From: Patescibacteria group bacterium
GTDB taxonomy: Bacteria > Patescibacteriota > Patescibacteriia > UBA10025 > JAHIVO01
NCBI GenBank assembly: GCA_041660605.1
Contig: JBAZWB010000001.1
Location: 9,295 to 73,294, forward strand
Direction: 5' to 3'
DNA: 64,000 nucleotides
Part shown: in pieces, positions 60,694-64,000 of the stretch
How the letters are laid out: every line of letters begins with the position of its first letter
Position numbering within the stretch: the stretch's first letter is position 1
Program-made: the position numbers and the translations under genes
The notes under the pieces: generated by a model
Database searches by the model: none
What the model saw: the letters and a program-made list of their open reading frames with translations, nothing else
Told to the model about the DNA's origin: nothing

Positions 60694-60765
60694 GCCCTTA
60701 TCGTTCAATGGATAGGACGCAAGATTCCGGATCTTGTAATGCAGGTTCGAATCCTGCTGAGGGCA
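60694..60765 (+). tRNA. tRNA-Arg (anticodon CCG)
   Basis: GCCCTTA/TGAGGGC acceptor (one G-U pair), D-arm GTTC-AATGGATA-GGAC, anticodon stem CAAGA/TCTTG with loop TTCCGGA, T-arm CAGGTTCGAATCCTG. The antisense ORF 60499-60810 is spurious. Confidence 0.75.
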
Positions 60766-61119
60766 GGATGGGACTGGGTAGAGCCGAAGATGGATGTTCC
60801 CCCGCCACATGGAAATTAATAAATCAAAGTAGGGCGGGGCCCGCCTCTGGCGGGGACTCTCGGCAGGGGCATGGCTGACTGGCGCAGGATAGCGCTTTTG
60901 ATTATATTTAAAAGTTGCCCAGAGAAAACACCAAAAGAATACAGAAAAACGTATTGCCTCCCCGCACTACCGCTAGTAATTTTTTTTATTCAATAGCATA
61001 TCATTATATATTACTGTAGTTTTAAGCTACGGAATATTGGAATTGACACGGTATTCACGATGTGTTAAATTATTATGAAATAAAAATATCGTACAATTTT
61101 TTCAAGAGAGGCGGGAGTA

Positions 61120-61317
61120 ATGAGGATAACTCGCGTAGCAAAATTGTTTAAACGCATATGCATCAAAGAAGTGCCCGGAAAACCTGGATTCGTAGTTGGC
61201 GGGGAATACTCCGTCCATCAGCACCAAGTTGTTCCCAGTCCAGCGAAATACTGGGTTGACTTACCTAGAGGGAGAGTTGATCTGACTAAAGACGAAGCAG
61301 AGAGTTGCTTTAAGTGA
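61120..61317 (+). CDS. Small hypothetical protein (65 aa)
   Basis: GAGAGGCGGGAG RBS; TTGACA-N17-TAAATT promoter at about 61044. Confidence 0.35.
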   Translation: MRITRVAKLFKRICIKEVPGKPGFVVGGEYSVHQHQVVPSPAKYWVDLPRGRVDLTKDEAESCFK

Positions 61318-61588
61318 GACGTGCGTTTCTCATAGTTCTATCAAGGCTGCTAGCTTGGGCGGCCTTTTTTAATTCAGCCAAGTTGATTTTTTGCCGAAAT
61401 TGTGATAAAATAGAGATGGTGATCCGAACAAGCTTATGTTTGTGAGGATCCCGGTCCTCTTTTCTTAAGAAGGGGACTTAGGCCCGCACCACCAGATTGT
61501 CAGTTATTATATGAATAGCTGCCAGCCTGGTGCGGGTCTTCTTTAATATTTAACGACTAGCTCCCGCGGGGCGGATTGATTAAACCCA

Positions 61589-61650
61589 GGCGAGCAAGCT
61601 CGCCACCTACCCTTTCAAATATGCGTAGTAGGTGCAGAGCTTGCTCTGCT
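61589..61650 (-). repeat. Inverted copy of the 27516-27580 double-hairpin repeat
   Basis: The reverse complement matches GCAGAGCAAGCTCTGCACCTAC...GTAGGTGGCGAGCTTGCTCGCC. Confidence 0.6.
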
Positions 61651-61755
61651 AGTGTATAAAACCCCCGCGATGGCTGGGCCTTCTCCCGAATAATTACCCT
61701 GAAGATTTCCCATCTTTGCGGGTAATAAACAAAAGGTGTGGGCCTTCTTTAATAT

Positions 61756-61783
61756 TTGACTATTTATTGTTGACTGCTATAAT
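61756..61783 (+). promoter_or_regulatory. Promoter TTGACT-N16-TATAAT driving the riboswitch-met operon
   Basis: Seen directly. Confidence 0.5.
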
Positions 61784-61804
61784 TATTTACACACTTTAAC
61801 AATC

Positions 61805-62040
61805 AAACCTTATCAAGAGAGAGCTGAGGGTTCTGGCCCAACGACGCTCCGACAACCATCCTACGCTTTTCATTGCATTCAAAGCTTTGGATGGCGTAGC
61901 CCTAGTAATGAGGCTACGCCACGAGTTAATTAAGTGAAAGAGCAGCAGGAACGGTGCCAAGTCCAGCCTAGCCATTTACGGATGGCCGGGATAGATAAGA
62001 GATAAAACAATCTCTTAGATAATAAGAGATTTTTTGTTAC
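61805..62040 (+). ncRNA. SAM-I (S-box) riboswitch with an enlarged P3/P4 region and a terminator expression platform
   Basis: CTTATCAAGAGAGAGCTGAGGGTTCTGGCCCAACGACGCTCCGACAACC matches CUUAUCAAGAG.GG.GGAGGGA.UGGCCC..GAA.CC.GCAACC; GGTGCCAAGTCCAGC matches GGUGCUAAAUCCAGC; P1 3' strand GATAAGAG; terminator ATCTCTTA-GATAA-TAAGAGAT + TTTTTT at 62011-62036. Confidence 0.75.
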
Positions 62041-62065
62041 TTAAAGATAACCAAGTGTAACTAAA

Positions 62066-63028
62066 ATGGGCCAATCATTTTCTGAAAAAGTTAAGGATCC
62101 TTCGTATTATCCGGTATTATACGAAATGTTGCCTCCACCGGGAAACGGCAACCATTCGGCCTCGCAGGCTTTTCTGAAAGTCCTGGACAAGATTTTTCAT
62201 AATGTGCGGATTGATGCCATTAATATTCCGGAGATTCATGAGGAAAAAGGCCAGTCTGGCCAAAAAGAAGTTCAGACTTTTGACAAAGCCGTTCCGCGCC
62301 AGTTTGCCCGAGAGATATTAAAACACCGGAAAGATTTTGAAGTCATCATCAACCACGTAGTTGTGCACCAGCCGCCGGAGATATTTCATCAATGGGCAGC
62401 GGAAACATATGATGAATTTGGCCTGAAAAATTTAATTTTGGTAGGCGGCGAATCGCCGAAAATCAAATACCCCGGTCCGACTGTTACTGAGGCTGCAGAA
62501 TATCTGCGCGACAAATACGTTTCCGGGGTGAAAGATAATAAATGCGCGTTGCTTGGCGGCATTACCATCCCGACCAGGCGGCACGCGCAGGTTGAACAGG
62601 ATGAGCCGGCCCGTTTGGTGAAGAAAAGCCAGAGCGGCATAGAATTTTTTACCAGCCAGGTAATCTACGAGGCAGAAACGACGAAAAGCCTCTTGAGCGC
62701 CTATAACACCTATTGCCATAAAGCCGGCGTAAAACCAAAAAGGATTTTTATCAGCTTCGCGCCGGTTTCTACGCCAAAAGACATTAAATTTCTCCGCTGG
62801 CTGGGAGTCAGCATTCCCGAAGAGGTTGAGCAGCATCTGCTGGAAGGCTGGGTCGGCATGGGTTGGCGTTCGGTGGAATTATGCCAGGAAATATTGTCGG
62901 ATATTTTAAATCATATCAGAAAATTCAAGCTGAAAGTGCCGATCGGCATAAATGTCGAGCATATCATGAAGTATAATGTGGAATTGTCCAAGGAGCTGCT
63001 GGTAAATTTATCCGAGACTTTGAAATAA
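62066..63028 (+). CDS. Methylenetetrahydrofolate reductase-like protein (MetF family)
   Basis: Co-linear similarity to MetF (VLYEMLPP, VGGESP, QVIYEAET...FISFAPVSTPKDIKFLRWLGVSIPEEV); downstream of a SAM riboswitch. Confidence 0.6.
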   Translation: MGQSFSEKVKDPSYYPVLYEMLPPPGNGNHSASQAFLKVLDKIFHNVRIDAINIPEIHEEKGQSGQKEVQTFDKAVPRQFAREILKHRKDFEVIINHVVVHQPPEIFHQWAAETYDEFGLKNLILVGGESPKIKYPGPTVTEAAEYLRDKYVSGVKDNKCALLGGITIPTRRHAQVEQDEPARLVKKSQSGIEFFTSQVIYEAETTKSLLSAYNTYCHKAGVKPKRIFISFAPVSTPKDIKFLRWLGVSIPEEVEQHLLEGWVGMGWRSVELCQEILSDILNHIRKFKLKVPIGINVEHIMKYNVELSKELLVNLSETLK

Positions 63029-63061
63029 CTAGTGGTTAAAATAATTTATTAAGGTTAAACT

Positions 63062-64000
63062 ATGATACCTTTGTCTATTGAACTTAATGGAACTTTTCCC
63101 CGTTCGGAAGCGCTGGTCAGCGCCACCCGTGATTTCGACAGAAAAAGGATCGGTGAGGATGAATTGCGCCGGATTCTCTTAAAACAGCAGGACAGCCTGG
63201 TGCAATTTCAGGAAAAGCTGGGAGTCATTAATTTCTCAGATGGTTTGCTGAATTGGCAGGATTTATTCCGTCCATTTTCGGTTTTTTGCCAGGGCATAAA
63301 GCCGGTTACCCTGACCCGTTTTGCCGATACCAACACTTTTTTCCGGCAGCCAAGCGTTTCCGCAAAACTGCAATATACCGGCCAGGGAATCAGTGACTTT
63401 TTCAGAAGTTCAGCGGATAAGAAATGGAAAGCTACTTTGCCCGCGCCATTTTATTTCGCCCGCGTTGCAGAAGATAAGCATTATGGTTCGATAAAAAAAT
63501 TAGCCTTAGCCTTCACCGATGTTTTAGCAGATCTAATTATTGACCTGACAAAAAAATCATATAAGTCATTTCAGCTGATTGACCCTTACCTGGGTTATTG
63601 GGGCGCCAATCGCTCTGAAATTTTATTAGTCAAGGAAACAATTGGTCGTCTGATTGAAAAAACCAAAGCTTCTATTATATATCAAACATCATTCAATTGC
63701 TCAGTCGATGCACTAAAAATGCTGGCAGAAACGGACCTGGACGGGATTGGCATAGATTTTTTCAATACCGATATTAACGCCGTGCCTTCGCTTGGCGGCA
63801 GGAAAGCTTTATCAGCCGGGTGCCTGGACAGCCGAACCTCATTAGTTGAAGATCCAAAAACGCTGGCCCAGTTTATTGAGCAGGCTATTAAAAAAATAAA
63901 ACCGCGCGAATTAAAAGCCACCGCCAATCTTGATCTGCAGTACGTGCCGGTGCCGATTGCCCAGTCTAAACTGCTGAAATTGCAGGCAGCCATAAAATTA
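63062..64000 (+). CDS. Cobalamin-independent methionine synthase (MetE) catalytic-domain-like protein, 3'-partial at the window edge
   Basis: ORF open to the window end (not in track); URO-D/MetE-like blocks (LTRFADTNTFFRQP, IDPYLGYW, GIGIDFF, SAGCLDSR). The antisense track ORF 63682-63993 is spurious. Confidence 0.55.
   Translation, partial: MIPLSIELNGTFPRSEALVSATRDFDRKRIGEDELRRILLKQQDSLVQFQEKLGVINFSDGLLNWQDLFRPFSVFCQGIKPVTLTRFADTNTFFRQPSVSAKLQYTGQGISDFFRSSADKKWKATLPAPFYFARVAEDKHYGSIKKLALAFTDVLADLIIDLTKKSYKSFQLIDPYLGYWGANRSEILLVKETIGRLIEKTKASIIYQTSFNCSVDALKMLAETDLDGIGIDFFNTDINAVPSLGGRKALSAGCLDSRTSLVEDPKTLAQFIEQAIKKIKPRELKATANLDLQYVPVPIAQSKLLKLQAAIKL

Noticed and set aside
60499-60810. 103-aa minus-strand ORF
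   Set aside because: It is antisense to, and fully overlaps, tRNA-Arg and its flanking hairpins.

Overview
This is a 64 kb bacterial window with a mosaic base composition. Low-GC genes (about 30-40%) alternate with high-GC genes (about 52-58%), and the GC-rich rRNA genes stand apart from both.

Recognisable content:
- A 23S-5S rRNA operon on the minus strand with no linked 16S, its own sigma70-like promoter, and a 13-bp processing stem flanking the 23S.
- tRNA-Leu(TAG) and tRNA-Arg(CCG); the latter is embedded in a 13-bp flanking inverted repeat.
- A SAM-I (S-box) riboswitch leading a metF-like/metE-like pair, with a cystathionine gamma-synthase family gene elsewhere in the window.
- Housekeeping genes: pfkA, purD, purF, tkt (divergent, long), an aminotransferase, polA, holA, rpsT, ssb, uvrB, ruvA, and an rpoD-like gene.
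- Sugar-nucleotide genes: a PfkB kinase plus an RHH-fused nucleotidyltransferase, and a cytidylyltransferase-VanX fusion.
- Cell-envelope genes: FemAB, an LTD/PKD surface protein, and several small membrane proteins.
- Many hypothetical proteins, including large ones of 687 and 974 aa.

Features not explained by the ordinary annotations:
- A family of about 105-nt palindromic elements with 15-bp terminal inverted repeats (CCCCGTTAGAAAATT), each delivering an outward-facing TTGACA -35 box in front of a gene (tkt, the aminotransferase, the 974-aa protein, a 154-aa protein).
- A second roughly 100-130-nt repeat family, one copy of which is fused to the 3' end of uvrB.
- A nest of small hairpin repeats at 27.4-28.1 kb, with an inverted copy at 61.6 kb.
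- An operon encoding an rpoD-like sigma factor with a roughly 440-aa N-terminal extension, whose domain is duplicated as a stand-alone upstream gene.
- A roughly 6 kb island bracketed by two paralogous TrmB-family regulators. It holds a strongly promoted noncoding region of about 490 nt (52025-52520), with no long ORF through to 52893, a GIY-YIG nuclease, two GC-rich unknown genes with conserved cassette-like 5' leaders and 3' hairpins, and a separately promoted and terminated 33-aa Pro/Arg-rich peptide gene that resembles proline-rich antimicrobial or ribosome-stalling peptides.

All calls come from reading the sequence and recognising motifs. No searches were run. Some ORF-track coordinates near 53.2 kb disagree with my own position counting by 1 nt.
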